Source of the DNA: an uncultured Anaerolineales bacterium
GTDB taxonomy: Bacteria; Chloroflexota; Anaerolineae; B4-G1
DNA length: 64,000 bases
Assembly: GCA_964551295.1 (NCBI GenBank)
Contig: CAZKDJ010000003.1
Span: 510 to 64,509 of the forward strand
Reading direction: 5' to 3'
Shown: piece by piece, positions 8,533-17,324 of the stretch
Numbering within the stretch: position 1 is the first letter of the stretch
Layout: every line of letters begins with the position of its first letter
Made by a program: the position numbers and the translations under genes
Notes under the pieces: model-generated
Seen by the model: the letters and a program-made list of their open reading frames with translations, nothing else
Told to the model about the DNA's origin: nothing
Database searches by the model: none

Positions 8533-8704
8533 TAGGTCAAGCAGGAGGTCGATCATTTTATCCCAAATCGATTTGGGATAATTTGGGATAAGTGGCATCA
8601 GGATCTGATTAGCACCGGGATTTTGGGATGGCGGGTGCTTCAGGAGGCAACAAAAGAGGCCCAGTTGAGCAACTGGGCCTCTGAGACACGCCGTTGGCCG
8701 CTGG

Positions 8705-9349
8705 TCACTGCAACTGGCGGACGACCATCATCACCTTGCCCTGCACCTCCACCTGACGGGGATTTACATAAATCGGCTTCATCGTGGGATTGGCCGGTTG
8801 CAGGCGCACCTGTGTTCCTTCATCGTAGAATCGCTTGAGCGTCACTTCCTCGCGATCCTTCAGCCACACGGCTGCCATCTCGCCGTTCTCCACTTTCTGC
8901 TGGTAGCGCATGACCACGATATCGCCGTCGTTGATCAGCGCGTCGATCATCGAGTCTCCCTGCACCTGCAAGGCGTACAGTCCCTTGGGGTCTCCCAGGA
9001 TGTCGCGGGTCAACTCGACCGTCTCGTCGCCCATCAGCGCAAAGTCGCTGCCGGGCACTGGGAGCGGTTCGCCGGCCACGATGCGCCCCAGCAGCGGTAC
9101 GCTGACCACGGCCCGCGGCATCGCCTGACGGCCCATGGCGACCAGCTTCAACCCGCGCGACACTTCCCTGTCGCGGCTGATGTAGCCCTTTTCCTCCAAC
9201 CGCTTCAGGTTGTAGCTCACGACAGAGGTGGAGCTGATCCCCGCCGCGGCACCGATCTCGCGGATGGAGGGTGGGTAGCCATTCTCCTCGATGTACTCAT
9301 TGAGGAACTCGACGATTCTCCTCTGTCTTTCCGAAAGATGCTCTGCCAT
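8705..9349 (-). CDS. lexA: LexA repressor
   Basis: 214 aa. N-terminal wHTH (RQRRIVEFLNEYIEENGYPPSIREI), a linker, and an S24 peptidase domain with GDSM Ser and downstream Lys. Confidence 0.95.
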   Translation of the reverse strand: MAEHLSERQRRIVEFLNEYIEENGYPPSIREIGAAAGISSTSVVSYNLKRLEEKGYISRDREVSRGLKLVAMGRQAMPRAVVSVPLLGRIVAGEPLPVPGSDFALMGDETVELTRDILGDPKGLYALQVQGDSMIDALINDGDIVVMRYQQKVENGEMAAVWLKDREEVTLKRFYDEGTQVRLQPANPTMKPIYVNPRQVEVQGKVMMVVRQLQ

Positions 9350-9376
9350 TTTCTTCCTCCTTCTATAAGCGAGCCT

Positions 9377-10183
9377 TTAACTTTCCAATGGCTGGCAGGT
9401 TGGGCAGATGTAGCTGCTCGTGCTGCCGGTCTTGATCTTTTCCACGGTTGTGCCACAGGCCGGGCATGGCTTCCCTTCCCGATAGGCAACCAGGAAGAAG
9501 CTTTCGTCCCATTTACCTTTTTCGTCGTGCAGGTTGCGTTCCCACGCGCTGCCGCCCTGATCGATGCTTTCCTGCAGCGTCTCCTGGAGCGCTTCCCACA
9601 ACCGAGCTGTCTGCTCGTCACTCAACGTGTTGATCGACCGCAGCGGATGGATTCCCGCTTTGAACAGCGGATCTTGGACGTACACGTTGCCAATGCCAGC
9701 GACGCGCTTCTGATTGAGCAGGAACGTCTTGACCGCGCCACGCCGCCCGCGCAACAGGGCTCGGAACTCGTCCAACGTCAAGTCGAGTGCATTGGGACCC
9801 AGCTGGCTCGTCATCTTGTGCGCGGCCAAATCGGCGGCGTAATGCGCGTAGCCGAACCACCAGAAGTTAATCGCCAGACAGGCGCCATCCGCTAGGTCAA
9901 AGATCAGTCGATACTTTTCCGGTAGATTGCCCCGGTCGGTCAGTAGAATCTCGCCGCCCATCCCCAGGCCGAGCAGCAGCCACCCCTGAGTCGTCTCGAC
10001 CTGCAGCCACTTGCCCCGGGGGATGACGGCGCGAACCTCGGCGCCGGTAAGTGCGGCCTGGAACTCGGCCAGCGGCACGTTCAGACATTTGGGCTGCAGC
10101 ACTTCGATGGCGCTGATCGTCCTGCCGACCAGTTCCTTCTGCATGTCGCGGGCAAAGATCGTGATTTCAGGCAGTTCTGGCAT
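9377..10183 (-). CDS. mutM: formamidopyrimidine-DNA glycosylase (Fpg/MutM)
   Basis: Begins MPELPEITIF (Pro2/Glu3 catalytic N-terminus), with a C-terminal zinc finger CPACGTTVEKIKTGSTSSYICPTCQ. The ORF-track start at 10312 is rejected; the true ATG is 10183. Confidence 0.9.
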   Translation of the reverse strand: MPELPEITIFARDMQKELVGRTISAIEVLQPKCLNVPLAEFQAALTGAEVRAVIPRGKWLQVETTQGWLLLGLGMGGEILLTDRGNLPEKYRLIFDLADGACLAINFWWFGYAHYAADLAAHKMTSQLGPNALDLTLDEFRALLRGRRGAVKTFLLNQKRVAGIGNVYVQDPLFKAGIHPLRSINTLSDEQTARLWEALQETLQESIDQGGSAWERNLHDEKGKWDESFFLVAYREGKPCPACGTTVEKIKTGSTSSYICPTCQPLES

Positions 10184-10214
10184 AGTTTTTTCGTTGGTTG
10201 ACCGAGATGACTCT

Positions 10215-10243
10215 ATTATACAAGAACAAATGTTCTGCGTCAA
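10215..10243 (-). promoter_or_regulatory. SOS promoter of the fpg-lexA operon: TTGACG-17-TATAAT with the LexA box GAACATTTGTTC filling the spacer
   Basis: Minus-strand reading: cTTGACGcagaacatttgttcttgTATAATagagtc...ATG(fpg). The box occupies plus-strand coordinates 10224-10235 (AGAACAAATGTTCT on the plus strand). Confidence 0.75.
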
Positions 10244-10322
10244 GGCCCAAAAAGCGCGTTTGGCACGGCGCGCAGGGTGTGCTAGAATAAGTGGGGGGGG
10301 TGTCCTTTCCAAGGAGGGGGAT

Positions 10323-13300
10323 TTGAAGCGCTGTCCCGAGTGTGGATTTCCTTATCCAGAGGACGAGCCGCGTTGCTACGTCTGCGGCGCTGACCTTACG
10401 CATCTTGAAGACGCGCCGGTTGCCGCGGAGGATGCTCAAGTTCGGCGTGATTTGGCCGCTGCCCAGGAAGCTGTGCGCCACCTACGTCGGTATGTTCCCC
10501 CTGTCGTCGCCGAGGGGATCCTGCAGGATCAGGAACGGCTGCGTGATGAGCGTCGCGAGATAACTGTCTTATTTGCCGATACGGTCAACTTTTCTAGGCT
10601 TGCGGCGTCGCTGGACGCCGAGTCGGTCTTTAATTTGATCAACGACCTGCTGAGCCGTTTGATGGCCTGCGTCCACCGGTACGATGGCACGGTGGACAAG
10701 TTTACCGGCGACGGCCTGATGGCCGTGTTCGGGGCCCCCATTGCCCACGAGAACGACATGGAGTTGGCCGTTCGTGCTGCGCTGGATATGCAGCGATCGG
10801 CGGCCGAGTTCGAGCCTGTCGCCCGCGCCCAACTGGGCGCTCCCCTACGGATTCGCATCGGCATCCACTGTGGGCTGGTCGTCGCCGGCATCCTCGGCAC
10901 CGAGGAGCAGGCGGCCTACACCGTCATCGGAGAGACGGTTAACCTGGCGGCACGGCTGGAGTCGTTGGCTCGCCCCGGCAGCGTCCTGGTTAGCTCCCGC
11001 GTCTACCAGCAGACGCAGGGGCTGTTCAACTTCCAGGCGATGGGCATGACCCAGATCAAGGGGGTCGCCGAGCCGATGGCTGTCTACGAAGCGATAGGCA
11101 CTCGCTCCGAGCCATTGCCGACGCGTGGGGTGGTAGGTGTCACGGCCATTCTCTTGGGACGCGACGCCGAGTTGGAGCAATTGTATACCTTGACGACGGA
11201 TTTTTTAGATGCTCGCCAAGGCCGCTTGGTGACGATCCGAGGGGAGGCCGGGCTGGGCAAGTCGCGGCTGGTCTCTGAATGGCTCTCGACGATCCCTTCC
11301 GATAGGGTTGTGATCTGGCAGGGACGTGGGTTGCCCTACGCGCAGGGAGTTGGGTATGGCATCTTTCGTTCTCTGCTGCGGGATGTGAGCTTGAGCTATC
11401 CTCCGGAGGCCGAATGGGACGCCCACGTGTCGCCTGAATTGAGGCCCTTCTTGCGGCAGCTGGTGGAGGGATTTGATCCGGGCGAGAGAGCCACTTCGCA
11501 TCGCTTGGAGCCGGAACGCGTCAAACAGTTGACGGTGCTGGCTTTGCGTGAATGGGTGTTGGGTGAGGCGCACCGGCAACCGGTGATGTTGGTTCTCGAG
11601 GATTTCCATTGGGTAGACGATCTCTCGCGCGATGCGTTGCAGTCGCTGATCAGCGTTATCCACGAAGCCCCCGTGCTGGTGTGTGTCACGGCCCGGCCTC
11701 AACCGGAGAGACCTTTTTCTCTCACGGTTTCGCCGTTGGAAGAGCATCCGAAGGCGCCCGCGCACCTGCCCCTGGAATTAAACCCCCTCTCGCCGGAGGA
11801 CAGCCGGGCGCTGCTTGAGCACCTGGTCGATTTGAGTGACATGCCTGAACGTCTCGTCAACACCATCCTCACCCGCGCCGAGGGCAATCCGTTTTACATT
11901 GAAGAGTTTGTGCGCATGTTGATCGAGAAGGGTGTGTTGAGTCTAGGGGATGGCCAGTGGCAAGTATCCTCGACTGTGGAGTGGCAGACGCTGGAAGTTT
12001 CCGCCACTTTGCGCGGGTTGATGATGGCGCGTGTCGATCGCTTGCCGGAGAGCCTGCGGCAGGCTCTCCGGGATGCGGCGGTCATTGGCGTGCAGTTTGA
12101 CGCCCGTTTGCTGGGAGAGGTCGAGCGTCGCCTCCACGGCACTGGCAGCGTGGTACCGTTCTTGGAACGGCTCGCGGCGTTGGGGATGTTGGTGGAGCGG
12201 CCCCAGGCCGGTGAGCGGGTGTATGCATTTCGTCATCTCCTGACGCAGGAGACGATCTATAACAGCCTGCTGCGTAGCCAGCGTCCCACGTTGCATCGAA
12301 CGGTGGCTGAGTGCATCGAGTATCTTTACGCCGAGGACTTGCGCAATCACGCCGAGGTGCTGGCGCTGCATTACGACCGCGCGTTTGTGCGTACCAAGGC
12401 GATGCGCTATGCGCTGCTGGCGGGCGAGCGCGCCTGCGAGCGTTTCGCCAATCGTGAGGCTATCGAATACTACAGCCGGGCGTTGCAAATATCGCAGCAC
12501 TTGGGCGGCTATGGCGCCGAGCGGTGGCAGGCGGCTATCGGGCTGGGCGAGGTGCTCCAGCACGTCGGCGAGTACGATGAGGCGATCGCCTGTTATCAGG
12601 CCGCGCTGGAGGAATGGTCCGATGCCCCGCCCCAGTCCCGTGCCTGGGCGATGCTTCGATTGGGGCAGGTGTGGGATAGGCAAGGCGAACTGGAGGAGGC
12701 CGAGGGCTGGCTGAGACAAGCATTGGCTCAGCTTAGCCAGGCCAGCATCAAGCTCCCCGAGTTGCGAGCCCAGATTTACTCGGAGTTGGGTTGGCTGAGC
12801 CTGCGCCGGGGCAACATGGCCTCTGCGCGCGATTGGCTGGGACAGGGACTTGACCTGGTTGGTACTATGGGGCACTATGAAGTATTGTCGTCCATCTTTG
12901 ATCGTCTGGGGGCCGTGCACTATCAGTGCAGCGAGTGGAAGCAGGCATCCGAGTGTGTCGAACGCGCTCTGCAGCATCGTAGCCGGCTGGGCGATATCGT
13001 CGGCTACGCCGGCTCACTCAACGGCCTGGCCCGCATCAAATGGGCCAGCGGCGACTGGGATGGCGCGCTGGCCGATTACGAGCGCGCGGTCGCGATATAC
13101 GAGCGCATCGGTGAGGTAGAGGGGCTGGCGCAGGCCTATACCAATTTGGGGGTGCTGTATACTGACCGGGGCCAGTGGGACAAGGCGGAGGAGAACCTAG
13201 AGAAAAGCTTCGATATCGCCCAACGGATTGCCTATCCATATGATCTGGCGCGGGCTCATATGAACCTGGGGAAACTCTACATGATGCAGGAGCGGTGGGA

Positions 13301-13796
13301 TGAGTGCGGCCAGCACCTGAATGCTGCTATTCCCCTGTACATGGAAATCGGCGGACGCGCCGAGATAGATCTGAGCGAGGCCTATTGTCTGCGGAGCACC
13401 CTGCATCTGGAGCAGGGCCAGACCGAAGAAGCCTGGCAGTGGGCCGATCGCTGTAGTGATTTGCTGCGCCTGGCGACCGGGGCCCACGAGGGCGACTTGC
13501 TCGAATGGGGGCGGTACGAGCGGCTGATGGGACGTATCTCCTTGCTGGGGGGCGACTTGTCGACCGCTGATCGTCACTTGAGGCGCAGTGACGTCATCTT
13601 TCAGGGCCGAGGGGCCAAGTTGGAGACTGGCCGGACAGCTTACTGGAGCGGTCTGCTGTCGTTGGCCCAGCACGAGCCGGAGAAGGCCTCCCAAGAATTG
13701 AACAAGGCCCAGCAGATATTTGAGCAACTAGGGGCAGTTGCCGACCTGAAGCGTGCGGAGCAGCAGTTGGCGCAGATTGGTCTTTCCCAAAGCTAA
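10323..13796 (+). CDS. signal-transduction protein: N-terminal zinc ribbon, class III adenylate/guanylate cyclase domain, AAA/STAND ATPase and TPR repeats
   Basis: CPECGFPYPEDEPRCYVCG zinc ribbon; cyclase core (VLFADTVNFSRL...FTGDGLMAVFGAP); P-loop GEAGLGKS; a long TPR array. Start inferred at TTG 10323, 5 nt after AAGGAGG; the ORF-track start at 10011 overlaps the fpg promoter and is rejected. Confidence 0.8.
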   Translation: MKRCPECGFPYPEDEPRCYVCGADLTHLEDAPVAAEDAQVRRDLAAAQEAVRHLRRYVPPVVAEGILQDQERLRDERREITVLFADTVNFSRLAASLDAESVFNLINDLLSRLMACVHRYDGTVDKFTGDGLMAVFGAPIAHENDMELAVRAALDMQRSAAEFEPVARAQLGAPLRIRIGIHCGLVVAGILGTEEQAAYTVIGETVNLAARLESLARPGSVLVSSRVYQQTQGLFNFQAMGMTQIKGVAEPMAVYEAIGTRSEPLPTRGVVGVTAILLGRDAELEQLYTLTTDFLDARQGRLVTIRGEAGLGKSRLVSEWLSTIPSDRVVIWQGRGLPYAQGVGYGIFRSLLRDVSLSYPPEAEWDAHVSPELRPFLRQLVEGFDPGERATSHRLEPERVKQLTVLALREWVLGEAHRQPVMLVLEDFHWVDDLSRDALQSLISVIHEAPVLVCVTARPQPERPFSLTVSPLEEHPKAPAHLPLELNPLSPEDSRALLEHLVDLSDMPERLVNTILTRAEGNPFYIEEFVRMLIEKGVLSLGDGQWQVSSTVEWQTLEVSATLRGLMMARVDRLPESLRQALRDAAVIGVQFDARLLGEVERRLHGTGSVVPFLERLAALGMLVERPQAGERVYAFRHLLTQETIYNSLLRSQRPTLHRTVAECIEYLYAEDLRNHAEVLALHYDRAFVRTKAMRYALLAGERACERFANREAIEYYSRALQISQHLGGYGAERWQAAIGLGEVLQHVGEYDEAIACYQAALEEWSDAPPQSRAWAMLRLGQVWDRQGELEEAEGWLRQALAQLSQASIKLPELRAQIYSELGWLSLRRGNMASARDWLGQGLDLVGTMGHYEVLSSIFDRLGAVHYQCSEWKQASECVERALQHRSRLGDIVGYAGSLNGLARIKWASGDWDGALADYERAVAIYERIGEVEGLAQAYTNLGVLYTDRGQWDKAEENLEKSFDIAQRIAYPYDLARAHMNLGKLYMMQERWDECGQHLNAAIPLYMEIGGRAEIDLSEAYCLRSTLHLEQGQTEEAWQWADRCSDLLRLATGAHEGDLLEWGRYERLMGRISLLGGDLSTADRHLRRSDVIFQGRGAKLETGRTAYWSGLLSLAQHEPEKASQELNKAQQIFEQLGAVADLKRAEQQLAQIGLSQS

Positions 13797-13802
13797 GGGC
13801 GG

Positions 13803-14348
13803 TTATATGTTCGGTGGCCGATTGACCGCCCGCTCCAGCATTTCCAGGAGTATCGGTGGCATGGCGTCTCGATTCTCTGGGGTCACTGTGAGGACAGTCG
13901 TTGCGCTGTAGGGCAACCGCAGCTGCGCCTTGACCACCAATTCAGGGCGGACGACGACGAGGGCCAGCGCAGAATCTCTACTTTGCAACACATCGAACGC
14001 TCTTGTCCATCCGCTCCCCTGTTCTAGCTCCAGCGGACCCAGTTCATCCACCACGAGCAGTTGGCAAGGCGTGGCGTGCGTGAGGGCCATGTTTCCCCAG
14101 CCCAAGGTACCGGGGTCAAAGCGGAAGCGTCCCTGAACAATGGCTGGTTTCGCGTCGGGAGGGAGGGTCAGCCGCCGCGTTTCCCCACTGCCCACGTCGA
14201 GCACATCCAGTTCGCCGTCGGGTTGGGTCAGAGTGATGATACCGCCACAAGTGTATTCTTTGGCCTGGGCCAGTGTGATGGCTTCACGGCTGGCGGTGGT
14301 CTTGCCCACCTCGCGTGCTCCCGTCAGAATGATGATGCTAGTCGGCAT
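13803..14348 (-). CDS. P-loop NTPase (THEP1/COG1618-like)
   Basis: 181 aa; IILTGAREVGKTT Walker A, LLVVDELGP Walker B. Confidence 0.6.
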   Translation of the reverse strand: MPTSIIILTGAREVGKTTASREAITLAQAKEYTCGGIITLTQPDGELDVLDVGSGETRRLTLPPDAKPAIVQGRFRFDPGTLGWGNMALTHATPCQLLVVDELGPLELEQGSGWTRAFDVLQSRDSALALVVVRPELVVKAQLRLPYSATTVLTVTPENRDAMPPILLEMLERAVNRPPNI

Positions 14349-16413
14349 CGGCGTCTTTGTATCCCGGGATCGGCCCGAAGGATGCCTCGATCTGCTCCGG
14401 CTCGTAGATCTCCAGCATGCACTCCCACCAACCTAGACCGCCGGTCTTTTGGAACTCCCACCACCAGATATCGAGCCAGGAGTAGCGCCAGCGCCACAGG
14501 GAGGCTAGACGCTGCCATCCATAGTCGCTGGCCAGACTCGTGAAATCCACATAGTAACCGGAGGGGATGCGCTCTTTGATCGCCCCTCCCTCTACCAGAG
14601 CGCTGCCGCCTTGCTCGCGGGCGTGCAGATCCCACACGCCTTCGCGCAGGGGCTCGCCCATGCTCCCATCCTGCTCGGCGGCGCGGATGAAAACACGCCA
14701 GTAGGTGGCGCTACCGATGTCCTCTCGTACCAGCTCGATCTGCGGTGTGTCTGCATCGTATGGACGCTGATCCAGCCCGATTGCCCTGCCGCAGACGTGC
14801 CAGTTCATGCGCGAGTGGCCTGAGGGCGGCGTGTACGTCATCGGCAGCCACGCGCTTTCCAGGCTGCCCAAATAATCCCACCCCGTCTCTTGGATGACGC
14901 GTTGGCGCAGCGCGCCAAAGCTGTCGTTCACCCGATTGGAGACCAGGAACGTCTCTTGTGCTTCATTTTCCTCTGCTACGACTGTTACTGCTGTCTCTTC
15001 TTCGCCCTCTTCATCTTCCTCACCTTCCTCTACCACCACCTTTTTCTCGAAGGTGCTGTCGCTGATGTCCTGGAGGGGGACAAGCCGGTAAGGTGGCCCG
15101 GAATCCGGCGGCGGCTGCACTACCTCTATGTAGAGGGAGGGAGAATCCGCCGGTACGGCTTCTTGAGCACGGGCGATGACGCGCGGGGAGAGTGCCAAAT
15201 CGGCCCACGCCAGGTCGTCCATGCGCCCGTCGATGCTGTACACTTCCTGGGAAATCGCCCAGCCGGTCATGCCGGCGGCGATGATGTGGCTGCGCCCTTC
15301 CCGATCGTGGGCGATATAGATCAGGCTCTGGCCATCGGGCGCCCAGGCAGGGGAAGCGCCGGCGCCGAACAGCTCGGTTTGCGCCTGACCGACCTCCATC
15401 GCGTCCCAATCGAAGGTGGTGATCTGTATGGAGGGGTTGCCGCGTGGCCCGCTGACGTAGGCCAGTTGCGTGCCGTCGGGCGACCAATTGGCATAGTCCT
15501 CGTCTACGTCAGGGCTGTTGGTGACGGCGATGGTCTCGCTCGTCTCGATGAGGTGCAGGTAAATGTCTTTGCTGCCATCGCGGAAGGAGGTGAAAGCAAT
15601 AGCCCGGCTATCGGGTGACCAGGATGGCTCGTAATCGGGAGCGTGGCTGGTGGTGATGAGCCGCATCTCACCTCCGGAGGTACTCATGATGTAGATGTCG
15701 AGGTTGCCCCGCCGGTCTGATTCGAAGGCGATATATTTGCCGTCGGGCGACCAACTGGGGTTGCCGTCAAAACCGGGGGCTTGGGTCAGGCGGATCAGCG
15801 CGCCGCTGACCAGATCGAGAAGGTAGCTGTCCCAGTTGTCGCTGCGGTTCGAGGTGAAGGCGACGTATTGACCATCAGGGGACCAGGCCGGATCCCGGTC
15901 GTCCGCCAGATCGTGAGTCAGTTGTACCAGTTGCCGATCGGCGTGGTTGATGGCATAGATATCGGTGTTGCTGCTGCGGCGCAGGGTGAAAGCGATAGCG
16001 CCGCCACTGCCAAAGGGTGTGGGTACGAGCGTGGGGGTAGGGGGAGGGTTGGGCGTTGGCGTGACGACGACGATCTCGGGCGAGCTCTTGATCGGCGGCG
16101 CCGTGGTCGCCCGGTAGAGCGCGTACCCCAAAAGTCCCAGGATAGCCGCGTTGCCCACGATCAGCAGGACGAGCATCTGCAGCCCGCGTGGCTGTATCGT
16201 GACTGGCTTGCAGACCTCGTTGGGCTTGACCAACCAGCGTCGGGCAAAGACGAGGCGCTTCCAAAGCCAGACGAAAGGGCTGGTAAGTAGTCGGAGGATG
16301 TTTCTTGCACGGTCGCGCAAGCGACCCTGTTGCTCCTCTGTCGGCTCTGGCTCGAGTTCGCCCAACTCCTCGAGTTCTTCGAGCTGCCCTGCTCTCAGCA
16401 CGTTGTCGGCCAT
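14338..16413 (-). CDS. TolB-like beta-propeller (PD40 repeat) membrane-anchored protein with a C-terminal Trp-rich domain
   Basis: N-terminal TM helix, Pro-rich linker, repeated WSPDG PD40 motifs, an acidic linker, and a C-terminal domain of unknown function. Start set at MADNVL (16413) because the upstream part of the ORF runs into a tandem repeat. Confidence 0.7.
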   Translation of the reverse strand: MADNVLRAGQLEELEELGELEPEPTEEQQGRLRDRARNILRLLTSPFVWLWKRLVFARRWLVKPNEVCKPVTIQPRGLQMLVLLIVGNAAILGLLGYALYRATTAPPIKSSPEIVVVTPTPNPPPTPTLVPTPFGSGGAIAFTLRRSSNTDIYAINHADRQLVQLTHDLADDRDPAWSPDGQYVAFTSNRSDNWDSYLLDLVSGALIRLTQAPGFDGNPSWSPDGKYIAFESDRRGNLDIYIMSTSGGEMRLITTSHAPDYEPSWSPDSRAIAFTSFRDGSKDIYLHLIETSETIAVTNSPDVDEDYANWSPDGTQLAYVSGPRGNPSIQITTFDWDAMEVGQAQTELFGAGASPAWAPDGQSLIYIAHDREGRSHIIAAGMTGWAISQEVYSIDGRMDDLAWADLALSPRVIARAQEAVPADSPSLYIEVVQPPPDSGPPYRLVPLQDISDSTFEKKVVVEEGEEDEEGEEETAVTVVAEENEAQETFLVSNRVNDSFGALRQRVIQETGWDYLGSLESAWLPMTYTPPSGHSRMNWHVCGRAIGLDQRPYDADTPQIELVREDIGSATYWRVFIRAAEQDGSMGEPLREGVWDLHAREQGGSALVEGGAIKERIPSGYYVDFTSLASDYGWQRLASLWRWRYSWLDIWWWEFQKTGGLGWWECMLEIYEPEQIEASFGPIPGYKDADAD

Positions 16414-16435
16414 CGAAGTCAAGTATACGACGCCT

Positions 16436-16483
16436 CGCTTGCTTGTCAAGCCGCTTGCTTGTCAAGCCGCTTGCTTGTCAAGC
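16436..16483. repeat. perfect 3 x 16-bp tandem repeat (cgcttgcttgtcaagc)3, each unit itself a small hairpin (gcttg/caagc)
   Basis: Read directly, in the divergent intergenic region between the TolB-like gene and the PSRP gene. Confidence 0.9.
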
Positions 16484-16528
16484 CGATGGCGATGGGCTAT
16501 ACTTGGACGGCATAGCGGAGGATCGAAC

Positions 16529-17320
16529 ATGAATCGCGTATTTGTGGTATCCGATGGTACGGGTGAGACGGCCGAGCGGGTCCTGAAAGCGGCGCTGGCG
16601 CAATTCGAGGGAGCGGCGGTCAAGATCGAGCGCCGGTCGGAGGTGCGCACCGAGGAGCAGGTGCGCCAGGTCGTGCATGAGGCCGCTCAAGCCGGCGGCT
16701 TTGTCGTCCATACGTTGGTCTCTGACGAGTTGCGCGACGAGATGGTGCGCGAGGGACGGCTGCAGAACGTCGAGACCATCGACCTGATGGGGCCGCTGCT
16801 GGCGCGACTTTCTCAGAAGTTTGCCGTCTCCCCATCCGAAAAGCCCGGTCTCTTTCGTCAATTGAACGAGGAGTACTTTCGGCGCATCGAGACGATGGAG
16901 TTTGCCTTCCATCACGACGATGGGCGGCGGGCCCACGAGCTCTCTCAGGCCGAGATCGTGCTGGTGGGCGTTTCACGCACGTTCAAGACCCCGCTGAGCA
17001 TCTATCTGGCGTTCCGGGGCTGGTTCGTCGCCAACGTGCCCATCGTGCCGGGGATCGCTCCGCCGCCGGAGCTATTTGCGCTGCCGCCAGGCCGCGTGAT
17101 CGGACTTACGATTGACCCGGTGAGGCTGGCGGAACTGCGGCGCGTGCGGGAGCAGCGTTTGGGCGGGGCTACGGGCGACTATGCTGATCTCGAATCCGTG
17201 CGCCGCGAGGTGGCATACGCGCTGCACCTCTTTCGCGAGCAGCGATGGCCCGTCGTCGAGGTGACCGACAAGCCCATTGAGGAAAGCGCCTCCGAGATTC
17301 TGGCGCTGGTGAGGAAATAG
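16529..17320 (+). CDS. PEP synthase / pyruvate-phosphate dikinase regulatory protein (bifunctional kinase-pyrophosphorylase, DUF299)
   Basis: MNRVFVVSDGTGETAE N-terminus and a GVSRTFKTP P-loop; GGAGGA RBS. The ORF-track N-terminal extension from 16151 is rejected. Confidence 0.85.
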   Translation: MNRVFVVSDGTGETAERVLKAALAQFEGAAVKIERRSEVRTEEQVRQVVHEAAQAGGFVVHTLVSDELRDEMVREGRLQNVETIDLMGPLLARLSQKFAVSPSEKPGLFRQLNEEYFRRIETMEFAFHHDDGRRAHELSQAEIVLVGVSRTFKTPLSIYLAFRGWFVANVPIVPGIAPPPELFALPPGRVIGLTIDPVRLAELRRVREQRLGGATGDYADLESVRREVAYALHLFREQRWPVVEVTDKPIEESASEILALVRK

Positions 17321-17324
17321 ATCA

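Noticed and set aside
10011-10322. N-terminal 104-codon extension of the cyclase ORF
   Set aside because: It would run through the fpg promoter, -10 and LexA box; the strong AAGGAGG RBS is at 10311, so the start is placed downstream at 10323.
16436-16483. possible CRISPR array
   Set aside because: Only three contiguous 16-bp units with no spacers and no cas genes; this is a simple tandem repeat.
16151-16528. N-terminal extension of the PEP-synthase/PPDK regulatory protein ORF
   Set aside because: The low-complexity Ser/Arg-rich translation overlaps the TolB-like gene and the tandem repeat; the conserved protein starts at MNRVFVVSDGTGE with a GGAGGA RBS.
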